DNA of 64,000 nucleotides from Rhodospirillales bacterium. GTDB taxonomy: Bacteria > Pseudomonadota > Alphaproteobacteria > UBA828. The notes under the pieces were generated by a model that did no database searches, was not told the origin of the DNA, and was given only the letters and a program-made list of their open reading frames with translations. Of the stretch, positions 47,852 through 56,965 are shown piece after piece. The translations under genes were made by a program, and so were the position numbers. The stretch is from NCBI GenBank assembly GCA_028818855.1, contig JAPPMY010000248.1, positions 26,330-90,329 on the forward strand, in the 5' to 3' direction. Every line of letters begins with the position of its first letter. Position 1 is the first letter of the stretch.

Positions 47852-48484
47852 CTATTCCGTCGCGGCCTCTATGGGCGCCTCGAGGCGCGCGCGGATGTCG
47901 GTCAACAGGCCGTCGATGCCCTTGCGGTTGATGACCGAGGCGAACTCGGCCCGGTGGGTGAGCAGCATGCTGATGCCCTCGACGTAGAGGTCGACGACCT
48001 TGTGGCTGCCCTCCCTCGCGCGGACGCGGAAATCGAGTTCGACGGGGTCGGCGCCCGACGGCCGGGACACCCGCGAGCGCACGATCGTGTCGCCGCTCTC
48101 GTCGGCGATGGCGGTTTGCACGGTGAACTGCTCGCCGCCATAGGAATAGGCATCGAACCGGCTCGCGTAGACGCGCGCGAGGAAGTCGAGCAGGATCGCC
48201 GTGAATTCCGCGCGCTGGTCCTCGCTCGCCGTCCTCCAGTGCCGCCCGAGCACGAAGCGGGTGACCGTCGGGATGTCGAAGCCCCGGCCCATCACGCCGC
48301 GGAACGCGACCTCGCGCTCCGCAAGGGTGCTGTTCTCCTTGTCGCTCAGGATGGCGATGACTTCGTTCCCGATGCCCTGGACGAAGGCCACCGCCGCATC
48401 GTCGGAAGCGGCCGTCCGCGGCCCGCCGATCGCGACCATCAGAGCGGCAATCAGGGCGCCGGCCAACAGGGCACGCCGGGACAC
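47852..48484 (-). CDS. MlaC/Ttg2D-family phospholipid-binding periplasmic protein
   Basis: FVQGIGNEVIAIL...FDIPTVTRFVLGRHWRTASEDQRAEF...LARVYASRF...HKVVDLYVEGISMLLTHRAEF. Start uncertain: GTG 48484 gives VSRRALLAGALIAALMVAIGG, while the ORF extends to 48727. Confidence 0.78.
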   Translation of the reverse strand: MSRRALLAGALIAALMVAIGGPRTAASDDAAVAFVQGIGNEVIAILSDKENSTLAEREVAFRGVMGRGFDIPTVTRFVLGRHWRTASEDQRAEFTAILLDFLARVYASRFDAYSYGGEQFTVQTAIADESGDTIVRSRVSRPSGADPVELDFRVRAREGSHKVVDLYVEGISMLLTHRAEFASVINRKGIDGLLTDIRARLEAPIEAATE

Positions 48485-48554
48485 GCGACTGAAACTCTTC
48501 CGCTTCGCTCTTCCTGGCACCGCTTCCGCCCGATTCTCGCCAACCGGAGAAAAG

Positions 48555-48580
48555 TATTGCCTTTCGCAATATTCGCAATA
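48555..48580. promoter_or_regulatory. TATTGC-N5-GCAATA dyad overlapping tandem TTCGCAATA x2 in the mlaC-like/rmlC divergent region
   Basis: TATTGCCTTTCGCAATATTCGCAATA read directly from the sequence. An AT-richer patch between divergent genes. Confidence 0.3.
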
Positions 48581-48704
48581 GCGAGCTGGCGGCAGCCCCT
48601 CCGCGTGGCCGAAAAGCCGGCCGTGCACTAACATTCCAGCCCGACCGGTCACGATGGGTGAACGCCCTCCCCCGACGGGCGTGACCGGCGAGGAGCAGGC
48701 GGGC

Positions 48705-49262
48705 GTGCATATCCGGGATTCGTCCATCTCCGAGGTGAAGGTGCTGAGACCCGAGAAGCACGGGGACGGCCGCGGCTTCCTCTCGGAGGTCTACAACAGG
48801 AAGGCGTTCGCCCTGGCTGGGATCGAGATCGACTTCGTGCAGGACAACCACTCGCTCTCGGCGCAGAAGGGAACCGTCCGGGGGCTGCACTTCCAGGCGC
48901 CGCCGTTCGCGCAGGCCAAGCTGGTGCGCGTGGTGCGGGGCTCGGTGTTCGATGTCGCGGTCGATCTGCGGCGGGGCGCGGCCACCTACGGCCGGCACAC
49001 GGGCGTCGTCCTCTCCGCCGAGGCGTGGAACCAGGTCCTGATTCCGGCCGGCTTCGCCCACGGGTTCATGACCCTCGACGCCGATACCGAGGTCCTCTAC
49101 AAGGTCAGCGACTACTATTCGCCGGAACACGAGAGCGGTCTCCTGTGGAACGATCCGGCCCTGGGTATCCAGTGGCCGCTCCCGGCGGAGGACGTGGTGC
49201 TCTCCGACAAGGACCTGGGACACCCGACGCTCTCGCAGCTTGCGAGCCCCTTCGGCCCGTGA
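48705..49262 (+). CDS. rmlC: dTDP-4-dehydrorhamnose 3,5-epimerase
   Basis: GTG 48705, 9 nt after AGGAG. VKVLRPEKHGDGRGFLSEVY...QDNHSLSAQKGTVRGLHFQ...KLVRVVRGSVFDVAVDLR...GFAHGF. Confidence 0.9.
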   Translation: MHIRDSSISEVKVLRPEKHGDGRGFLSEVYNRKAFALAGIEIDFVQDNHSLSAQKGTVRGLHFQAPPFAQAKLVRVVRGSVFDVAVDLRRGAATYGRHTGVVLSAEAWNQVLIPAGFAHGFMTLDADTEVLYKVSDYYSPEHESGLLWNDPALGIQWPLPAEDVVLSDKDLGHPTLSQLASPFGP

Positions 49263-49284
49263 GCGCGCGGGGAGTGAGGGACGC

Positions 49285-50346
49285 GTGGAACGGATACTGC
49301 TGACCGGCGGGGCGGGCTTCATCGGCTCCTGTGTGGCGCGGCGGCTGGTGGGTCTCGGCAAGAGCGTCACGACCCTGGACGCGCTGACCTACGCCGGGCA
49401 CGTCCAGTCCCTCGGGCCGGCTCTCGACAAGCCGAACCACCGCTTCGAGCAGGCCGACATCCGCGACGGCGACGCGCTCCGGCGGATATTCGCCGAGACC
49501 CGGCCGGACGCGGTGCTCCACCTCGCCGCCGAATCCCACGTGGACCGCTCCATCGACAGTCCCATGGACTTCGTCACCACCAACGTGCAGGGGACGGTCA
49601 CGCTGCTCCAGGCCGCAACCGAGCACTGGAACGGGCTGGAGGGCGCGGAGCAGGCGCGCTTCCGCTTTCTCCATGTCTCTACCGACGAAGTCTACGGCTC
49701 GCTCGGCGCCGAGGGCGTCTTCACCGACGCGACGCCCTACCGGCCCAACTCACCCTATTCGGCGAGCAAGGCGGCCTCCGACCATTTCGCACGCGCGTGG
49801 CACAGCACCTTCGGCCTGCCGGTCCTCGTCAGCCATTGCTCCAACAACTACGGCCCCTACCAGATGCCGGAGAAGCTGGTCCCCGTCGTCGTCCTGGCGG
49901 CGCTGGAGGGCCGGCCCATCCCCGTCTACGGCGACGGCAGCAACGTGCGCGACTGGCTCTTCGTGGAGGATCATGCCCACGCCCTGGAGCTGATCGCGGG
50001 CCGGGGAACGCCGGGCGAGGTCTACAACGTGGGCGCCGATGCCGAGATGGCCAACATCGACATGGTCCGCACGCTCTGCGGCTGGATGGACGAGCTGGTC
50101 CCGGAGAGCCCCCACCGCCCCCACGCCGATCTCATCGAGTTCGTCACCGACCGCCCGGGGCACGACCGCCGCTACGCGATCGACTCCAGCCGCGTGCGCC
50201 GGGAGCTGGGATGGCGGCCCTCCGTCGATCTGCACGAGGGCCTGGGGCGCACCGTCCGCTGGTACCTCGAGAACCGCTGGTGGTGGCAGGCGATCCGCGA
50301 AGGCGGCTTCGAGGACGGCCGGCGCCAGGGCCTGCACCGGGGCTAG
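49285..50346 (+). CDS. rmlB: dTDP-glucose 4,6-dehydratase
   Basis: GTG 49285. ILLTGGAGFIGS...HLAAESHVDRS...STDEVYG...YSASKAASDH...RPGHDRRYAID. Confidence 0.93.
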   Translation: MERILLTGGAGFIGSCVARRLVGLGKSVTTLDALTYAGHVQSLGPALDKPNHRFEQADIRDGDALRRIFAETRPDAVLHLAAESHVDRSIDSPMDFVTTNVQGTVTLLQAATEHWNGLEGAEQARFRFLHVSTDEVYGSLGAEGVFTDATPYRPNSPYSASKAASDHFARAWHSTFGLPVLVSHCSNNYGPYQMPEKLVPVVVLAALEGRPIPVYGDGSNVRDWLFVEDHAHALELIAGRGTPGEVYNVGADAEMANIDMVRTLCGWMDELVPESPHRPHADLIEFVTDRPGHDRRYAIDSSRVRRELGWRPSVDLHEGLGRTVRWYLENRWWWQAIREGGFEDGRRQGLHRG

Positions 50347-50354
50347 GCGGCCCG

Positions 50355-51251
50355 ATGCCCCTGAAGGTGGTGCTGCTCGGCCCGGACGGCCAGCTCGGCC
50401 ACGACATCCGCCGCGCCCATGCGGCGGCGGATGGCGCGTTCGACCTCGTCCCGCTCCCGCGCACGGCGCTGGACGTGGCGGACGCCGGCTCGGTCGAGCG
50501 CGTGCTCGGCGGCCTGCGGTTCGACGCCCTGGTCAACTGCGCGGCGTACACGGACGTAGACCGGGCCGAGAACGACGCGACGGCCGCGTTCGCGGTCAAC
50601 GCCCACGCCGTGCAGTCGCTCGCACGCCTCTGCGCAGGCAAGCGAGCCCGCCTCCTGCACGTCAGCACGGACTACGTGTTCGGCGGAGACCCGTCGCGGC
50701 AACGGCCGCTCCGGGAGGACGACCCCGTCGCGCCGGTCAACGTCTACGGCGCCTCCAAGGCGGAGGGGGAGGCGCTCGCCCGCCTCGCCTGCGAGGGCGC
50801 CGTCATCCTGCGCACGGCCTCCCTCTTCGGGGTGGCCGGAACCGGCGGCAGGGGCGGCAACTTCGTCGAGACGATAATTCGCGTGGGCCGGGAGACAGGG
50901 GCCCTGCGGGTCGTCGACGACCAGACCATGTCGCCGACCGCGACGGCGGACGTGGCTCGTCTCGTCGTGCGCATGCTGAGCGGTGGCTGCGCGCCCGGCA
51001 TCTACCACGCGGTCAACGGCGGCGCGGCGACTTGGTTCGAGTTCGCGCGCGAGATCGTGGCCCGCGCAGGCATCCCGGCGGCTGTCACCCCGTGCGCGAG
51101 CGGAGATTACCCGCTGCGCGCGGCGCGCCCGCGCTACAGTGTGCTCGACGATGCGAAGGTCGCGGCAGCGTTCGGCGCCCTGCCGCCGTGGCAGGACGCG
51201 CTGGAGCGCTACCTGCGCGCGAGGGACGATGTCCGCCCGGCGAGCGCCTGA
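50355..51251 (+). CDS. rmlD: dTDP-4-dehydrorhamnose reductase
   Basis: ATG 50355. VVLLGPDGQLG...VNCAAYTDVDRAE...HVSTDYVFGG...YGASKAEGE. Confidence 0.9.
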   Translation: MPLKVVLLGPDGQLGHDIRRAHAAADGAFDLVPLPRTALDVADAGSVERVLGGLRFDALVNCAAYTDVDRAENDATAAFAVNAHAVQSLARLCAGKRARLLHVSTDYVFGGDPSRQRPLREDDPVAPVNVYGASKAEGEALARLACEGAVILRTASLFGVAGTGGRGGNFVETIIRVGRETGALRVVDDQTMSPTATADVARLVVRMLSGGCAPGIYHAVNGGAATWFEFAREIVARAGIPAAVTPCASGDYPLRAARPRYSVLDDAKVAAAFGALPPWQDALERYLRARDDVRPASA

Positions 51252-51311
51252 GAGCGCGGCCCGGCGCCTCGCGGGACGGACGGAACCGGGACGACGGCGG
51301 AAGAGAGCAGG

Positions 51312-52187
51312 ATGAAGGGCATCATTCTCGCAGGCGGAGCGGGCACGCGGCTCCACCCGGTCACGAGCGTCATCAGCAAGCAGCTCCTGCCCGTCTACGA
51401 CAAGCCCATGATCTACTACCCCCTCAGCACGCTGATGCTGGCGGGGATCCGGGACATCCTGGTGATTGCCACGCCCGAGGACAGCCCCAGCTTCCGCCGG
51501 CTGCTGGGCGACGGCAGCGCGTGGGGCCTCGCGCTCCGCCACGCGGTGCAGCCGAGCCCCGACGGGATCGCCCAGGCCTTCCTCATCGGAAAGGAGTTCA
51601 TCGGGGCCGACGCCTGCGCGCTCGCGCTCGGCGACAACATCTTCTACGGGCACGGGTTGAGCGAGAAGCTGCGCCGCGCCGCCTCCCGCGGCGAGGGCGC
51701 CACGGTCTTCGGCTACCGGGTTCACGATCCCGAGCGCTACGGCGTCGTCGCCTTCGACAAGGCGGGCCGCGCCACCTCCATCGAGGAGAAGCCCGCGCGG
51801 CCCCGCTCCCACTGGGCGGTGACGGGGCTCTACTTCTATGACAACGACGTCGTCCGCATCGCCGAAGAGGTCAGGCCGAGCGCCCGCGGCGAGCTGGAGA
51901 TCACCGACGTCAACCGGCGCTACCTCGAGCGCGGCGACCTCCAGGTCGAGCAGTTGGGCCGGGGATACACCTGGTTCGACACCGGAACGCACGACAGCCT
52001 GGTGGAGGCGGCCTCGTTCGTGCAGATCATCGAGAAGCGCCAGAACCAGCGCATCGCCGTGCCCGAGGAGATCGCCTTCCTGAACGGCTGGATCGACCGC
52101 GCGGCGCTCGCCGCCCTAGGCCGGCGCCTCGGCAAGAGCGCCTACGGCGAATTCCTGCTGCAGCTTGCGGACGAGCCCGCCCCGTGA
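51312..52187 (+). CDS. rmlA: glucose-1-phosphate thymidylyltransferase
   Basis: [18 protein letters not shown]...[31 protein letters not shown]...GDNIFYG...[15 protein letters not shown]. Confidence 0.94.
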   Translation: MKGIILAGGAGTRLHPVTSVISKQLLPVYDKPMIYYPLSTLMLAGIRDILVIATPEDSPSFRRLLGDGSAWGLALRHAVQPSPDGIAQAFLIGKEFIGADACALALGDNIFYGHGLSEKLRRAASRGEGATVFGYRVHDPERYGVVAFDKAGRATSIEEKPARPRSHWAVTGLYFYDNDVVRIAEEVRPSARGELEITDVNRRYLERGDLQVEQLGRGYTWFDTGTHDSLVEAASFVQIIEKRQNQRIAVPEEIAFLNGWIDRAALAALGRRLGKSAYGEFLLQLADEPAP

Positions 52188-52392
52188 GGCACGCGCCGGC
52201 CCTCGCAGGCCTCAGGCTTCGGCCGATTCCTGCCGTGGCGGCGCACGCGATCTGCCGCCCCGGTCACGGCCCGCGATGCGCAGACCGTTATATCGGTTGG
52301 GAAAACCTGTGGCGGTCGAGCGAGCGCCCGGCGGCCGCCGCCGTGTCGTCGCCCCTTGCTCAACCGGTAAATCGGGATAATGTTGCGGCATC

Positions 52393-53148
52393 GTGACTCC
52401 CGATCCGACCACCCCGTCTCGTAGGCGCGCCTGCGTGCGGGCCCTCCTTTTTTCCGCCGCTGCCCTGCTCGCCGCGGCGCTCGCTGCGCCTGCGTCGGCC
52501 GATCTTCTCGGAGACGGTGCCGCCGCCTACGAGGCCGGCGACTACGCGGAGGCCGCGAGGGCCTGGCGCCCGCTTGCCGAGGGGGGCGACCGGATGGCCC
52601 AGTTCAACCTGGGCCTCCTGCACGAGACCGGGCGCGGCGTGGCCGAGGACCCGGCCGAGGCCGCGGCCTGGTACGAGCGCGCCGCCCTGCAGGGCGTGAG
52701 CCGGGCGCAGTTCAACCTGGCCCTGCTCCACCAGACCGGGCGCGGCGCGGAGAAGGACGGGACCGAAGCGCTCTATTGGCTGGAGGTCGCGGCCCGCCAC
52801 GGCGAGGGCGCCGACGGGGAGCAGGCGGCCGACGCCGCGGCCCGGCTGGCCGAGATCCTGCCGGCGGAGCAGGTCGACGACGCGCGTGCCCGTGCCGCCG
52901 CCTTCGAGCCTCGCCTGGAGGGTGCCCCGGTCCACGCGGCGGCGACGACCCTGATCCTCTCGCAGGGCCAGGTCGCGGAGCTGCAGCGCCGGCTCGCGGC
53001 CTACGGCTACGACTCAGGGCCGGCGGACGGCGTTCCCGGCGAGCAGACGCGCAATGCCGTGCGCCTCTACCTCGCCGACCGGGGCGTCGAATGGCCGGCG
53101 GGCGAGAACCTCTCCCAGCGCCTGCTGGACCTCGTCCCCGCGCCCTAG
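52393..53148 (+). CDS. Sel1-repeat protein with C-terminal peptidoglycan-binding (PG_binding_1-like) domain
   Basis: Signal peptide LLFSAAALLAAALAAPASA. Sel1 units AQFNLGLLHETGRGVAEDPAEAAAWYERAA and AQFNLALLHQTGRGAEKDGTEALYWLEVAA. C-terminus VAELQRRLAAYGYDSGPADGVPGEQTRNAVRLY. Confidence 0.8.
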   Translation: MTPDPTTPSRRRACVRALLFSAAALLAAALAAPASADLLGDGAAAYEAGDYAEAARAWRPLAEGGDRMAQFNLGLLHETGRGVAEDPAEAAAWYERAALQGVSRAQFNLALLHQTGRGAEKDGTEALYWLEVAARHGEGADGEQAADAAARLAEILPAEQVDDARARAAAFEPRLEGAPVHAAATTLILSQGQVAELQRRLAAYGYDSGPADGVPGEQTRNAVRLYLADRGVEWPAGENLSQRLLDLVPAP

Positions 53149-53175
53149 CCCCTACCTCTCTCCATCGGGTCTCGC

Positions 53176-54114
53176 TCACGTGGAGGCGGGACCGCGGCGG
53201 GTGACCAGGAAGAGGCCGGCGAAGAGCAGCGCCAGCGCGCCCCAGATGTAGACGCTGTGGCTCTCCGCCAGGATCAGGATGCCCCAGCCGATCCCCGCCA
53301 GCGTGGCGACGTAGTTCTGGGTCGAGAAGAAGACCGGCCCGGCGCGCCTCACGATCTCCAGCAGCAGGTAAAAGAAGGCCGCGTTGATCAGCACGGCGCC
53401 GACCTGCGCCCAGTCGCTGTCGCTCATCGGGCCGGAGAAGAACCACCACTGCCCGCTCCCCGCCATGAAGGGGAAGACCATGACCGCGGACGCAAACAGC
53501 AGCCCGCTCCCCATGGTGAGCGAATCACCGTCCGCAGGCGCCAGGCGCGCGGCCGCGATCGTGCCCGACGCGTAGCTCACCGGCACCAGCAGGCTGAGCA
53601 GCACCCAGCCGGCCATGTCGGGGTCGGGCAGGCTGGTCTCCGGCAGGACCACGAGCAGCACGCCCGCCAGCCCGAGCAGGATGCCGCCGACCCGGAGCCA
53701 GCGGAAGCGGTCCATCGCGAGCGCGAGCGCCAGCACGTAGGTGATCGTAGGGCTCAGCGTCCCGCCCAGGCTGATCACGCCGGCCGGCAGCTTGGGCGCG
53801 ATGAAGGCGAGGAGCACGAACGGAAAGGCGAGCGTGAAGAAGCCGATCACGAAGTAGGCCCTGAGGTAGGGCCAGCCGAGCCGCGGGCGCCGGCGCAGCA
53901 GGGCGGCGAACAGCAGCAGCACGAGGCCCGCGCCGAGCGTCTGCCAGAAGACATAGGCGAAGAAGGGGATGCCACCGGTGACGGCGATCTTGTTGGCCGA
54001 GAAGATCAGCCCGAAGGTGCCGCCGCAGACGATGAGAAGAATGAACGAAACGAGTCGGTGCCCGCGCGACGTCGCTGCCGGCTCCCGCGCGCGCGTCGCC
54101 TCCTCAGCCCGCAT
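53176..54114 (-). CDS. DMT-superfamily (EamA-like) transporter
   Basis: 312 aa, about 10 TM segments in two EamA-like halves. Confidence 0.85.
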   Translation of the reverse strand: MRAEEATRAREPAATSRGHRLVSFILLIVCGGTFGLIFSANKIAVTGGIPFFAYVFWQTLGAGLVLLLFAALLRRRPRLGWPYLRAYFVIGFFTLAFPFVLLAFIAPKLPAGVISLGGTLSPTITYVLALALAMDRFRWLRVGGILLGLAGVLLVVLPETSLPDPDMAGWVLLSLLVPVSYASGTIAAARLAPADGDSLTMGSGLLFASAVMVFPFMAGSGQWWFFSGPMSDSDWAQVGAVLINAAFFYLLLEIVRRAGPVFFSTQNYVATLAGIGWGILILAESHSVYIWGALALLFAGLFLVTRRGPAST

Positions 54115-54330
54115 GGCCCACCCTGCCGTTGCCGCGGGACCATAGCACGCATCAGCCGAGCAGGCGGCGCGCCCGCCTGCGCCTGTTCCAGAGATGTCTC
54201 GATGAGTACCGCAGAGACCGCCGCCGGCGCGGCAGGGGAGAACCGACGGCCCGTAGGGTCAAACCCCGGCCAGGAGACCGCCGACCCGGCGGCAGTCTCA
54301 GGCGAACGCCATCCCGTACCGGCTACACGA

Positions 54331-55545
54331 TCACTCGTCTACTCGGTCGATCAGAAGCTCGAAGGACGCTTTGCCCGGTTCCAAGTTGAAGACTTCAAGC
54401 TCGTAATTGCCTTCGCCGAGGATCATTCGGGTCTTTGCGTCCAGTCCTCCCTCGGTGTCGTCGGCAGCGCCCAGAACGGCATTGTCGGTGCCGGTGAGTA
54501 TTAGTGCAGGGTCGCCATGATGTGGAGCTACAGCAGTTACCGCAATCTCGTACTCGCCCTCCTCGGCAATGTCGAACGAATATGTCATTGAGATCTCGGA
54601 TGACTCGAAACTCAGGGGAATTGTTTTCCCGACAGTCAAATCTGTAATCTGTGTGTCGGGCGGCGGTATGTCATCTGTTGGCCGCAAGGCATCCATAAGA
54701 GTTTCCAAGTCTAACCCGGTCTCGCTAGTGTTCAAGTCTATCCCGGTCTCGCTAATATTGGTGATTTCACCAAAGATCAATTTGTTGCAAAAATTTATGT
54801 AAGCTTGGGGTAACAACCGTTGTCGCATGTTGCGCTCGCATACCTCTTCAATTCGCGGTGAAGCACCGATATTCATCGCCCGCTCCACCAATGCTTGTGC
54901 CACTGTAGCAATGGCTTCTATAGAGGCGTGTTCCAAGGCTCTGAATGCCATATCGGTTTGTGCTTCGCCTGCCACAACGGCACCATCCCTGCCGGTTTCC
55001 CCCTTGCCGCTCTCGCCATCCTGTTGGGGTGATGTGTAACTCACACGTCTGGGCCGATTAATATTCGAGAGCAATTCGATCGAGAGGAGGGCAGCCATGA
55101 TATGCTGGTATTGCGTCGTGATTTTCGCATACTCATCCTCTTCCAAGGCGCCTGAGGCGTAACCCTCGCAGGCACGGTAAAGCCCGTCCCGCAGGAGTTG
55201 AATCGTGGCGTTTCGGGCGCTCAACGCATCGGACGCCTGAGTCGCCAGCGATTGCGCCAAAGCAGCGGAAAAACTGTCATCCCCGCCGCTCCGTTCCAGA
55301 GATCCCGTAATTGTCCTGCTGATGCTCGCGAAGGCGTCGGGGCTGGGTTCGGCGCAATAGATGGTGCGCTTCTCTCCTGACTCGTCATACACCTGGGTCG
55401 TTACGATCGCTCTCTGATGAGCGTCCAGGGAAACGCTTTCACCGCCTTGCGCGGAAAACTTCTTGAAGATCGTGTTGTCCTCGATGTAATCGCAGGCCGT
55501 TAACGCAATACAGCCAATCAGCGCCATCACGCCTGTCGTTCTCAT
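54331..55545 (-). CDS. orphan lipoprotein with C-terminal PPC (pre-peptidase C-terminal)-like domain, in a low-GC islet
   Basis: Lipobox MALIGCIALTAC|D. C-terminus YSFDIAEEGEYEIAVTAVAPHHGDPALILTGTDNAVLGAADDTEGGLDAKTRMILGEGNYELEVFNL fits the PPC beta-sandwich pattern. Hand-counted 60-nt lines are 43-52% GC against 73% in the flank. Confidence 0.65.
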   Translation of the reverse strand: MRTTGVMALIGCIALTACDYIEDNTIFKKFSAQGGESVSLDAHQRAIVTTQVYDESGEKRTIYCAEPSPDAFASISRTITGSLERSGGDDSFSAALAQSLATQASDALSARNATIQLLRDGLYRACEGYASGALEEDEYAKITTQYQHIMAALLSIELLSNINRPRRVSYTSPQQDGESGKGETGRDGAVVAGEAQTDMAFRALEHASIEAIATVAQALVERAMNIGASPRIEEVCERNMRQRLLPQAYINFCNKLIFGEITNISETGIDLNTSETGLDLETLMDALRPTDDIPPPDTQITDLTVGKTIPLSFESSEISMTYSFDIAEEGEYEIAVTAVAPHHGDPALILTGTDNAVLGAADDTEGGLDAKTRMILGEGNYELEVFNLEPGKASFELLIDRVDE

Positions 55546-55912
55546 GATGCTTGCCCCGTAGCGCCAGACAACCGACTGCTCCGTGCCTTGCCCGGCAACA
55601 TTTGCCGCGTCATCACCACCCCGTCAGAAACAATATAATATCTATTATGATATATCTAATCAATCATTAAAGGCTGTCGGGCCCGGCTGCCCGCCAGATC
55701 GACCTCAGCGGCAGATCGTTCGGGAGTGCGCCGCCGGCAATCCCCTCGTGGGTCCGGCTCGTCGGAATGATCGTTCCCGCATCACAGACCCGGTCCGGAC
55801 GGACAGATGCGAAGCCGGCGCCCCGCGTATCGCCGAGCGTCCGGCCCTGCTATCGTCGCGCCCGGCCGGGCGGGAGAGGACCTGCCGCAGGCCGAGCGGG
55901 AGGGAGGCGGCA

Positions 55913-56749
55913 GTGAGCGACGCGCGCACGATCACCGGCCACTACACGAGCGGCGATCTGCTGGCGCGGCTGGAGGCGGCGCTGCGGGAGGACGGCTTCG
56001 ATCCCGCACGCCCCACCGCGGACGCACTTGCGCCCTACGACCATTTCCACGGCCGCGGCCTGGAGGCGACCGAGGACATGGCGGGGCTGCTCCAGGTCGC
56101 CGAGACGGATCACATTCTGGACGTCGGCAGCGGTCTCGGCGGGCCCGCCCGCTACATGGCGCGCCGCTTCGGCTGCCGGGTCAGCGGCGTCGACCTGACG
56201 GCGGAGTTCTGCGACGTCGCCCGCCACCTGACGGCGCTGCTCGGGCTCGCCGGGCGCGTCTCCATCGCGCACGGCGATGCGCTCGCGATGCCCTTCGGCG
56301 ACGCGGCGTTCGACGGCGCCTACTCCATGAACGTCTCGATGAACATCGCCGACAAGCGCGCGCTCTACCGCGAGATCCACCGCGTGCTCAGGCCCGACGC
56401 CTGGCTGATGCTGTCGGAGGTGGCGCAGGGGCCGGGCGGCGCGCCGGACTTCCCGACGCCCTGGGCGCGAGGCGCGTCGTCGAGCTTTCTCTCGACCGAG
56501 GCCGAGACCCGCGCGAACCTCGAGGCCAGCGGCTTCGCCATCGAGAGCCTGCGCGATGCGACGGAGGCCGCGCTCGCCTATGGCGCCCGCTCCCGCGCGC
56601 TGGTGGAGGCCGGCGGCAAGCCCTCGCACCGCGCCGTTTCGCTGATCCACGGCGCGCTCGCCGAGGACGCCGCGGCGAACTCGGCCCGCGCGCTCAAGGA
56701 GCGCCGCGCCGTGCCAATCGAGCTCCTCTGCCGCAAGGCGCGGCCCTAG
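55913..56749 (+). CDS. class I SAM-dependent methyltransferase
   Basis: GTG 55913 after GGGAGGGAGG. Motif I ILDVGSGLGGPARYMA, then GVDL...HGDALAMPF...LRPDAWLMLSE. Confidence 0.85.
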   Translation: MSDARTITGHYTSGDLLARLEAALREDGFDPARPTADALAPYDHFHGRGLEATEDMAGLLQVAETDHILDVGSGLGGPARYMARRFGCRVSGVDLTAEFCDVARHLTALLGLAGRVSIAHGDALAMPFGDAAFDGAYSMNVSMNIADKRALYREIHRVLRPDAWLMLSEVAQGPGGAPDFPTPWARGASSSFLSTEAETRANLEASGFAIESLRDATEAALAYGARSRALVEAGGKPSHRAVSLIHGALAEDAAANSARALKERRAVPIELLCRKARP

Positions 56750-56868
56750 CCTGCGACGCGCGGAACGGGCAGGACCGACTCGTAACCGCCGGTCCCATTT
56801 CCTAATCGTCCATCCGAGAGCGGCCCGATTTCCGGTTGACAGGCGTCGCCGGGACGGCGCATTGTTAT

Positions 56869-56898
56869 CGGGTTATCGAAATAGTTTTCGATAACCCG
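56869..56898. promoter_or_regulatory. perfect 13-bp inverted repeat (CGGGTTATCGAAA-TAGT-TTTCGATAACCCG), candidate operator upstream of hyuA
   Basis: Read directly from the sequence. TTGACA at 56836-56841 lies just upstream. The dyad ends 68 nt before the hyuA ATG. Confidence 0.45.
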
Positions 56899-56965
56899 AA
56901 TTAGAGGCTGCGGCCAAGCCTTGGGAAAAGGGCAGCCTCGCGGCCCGGCATCCGGAGGCAGAGAC

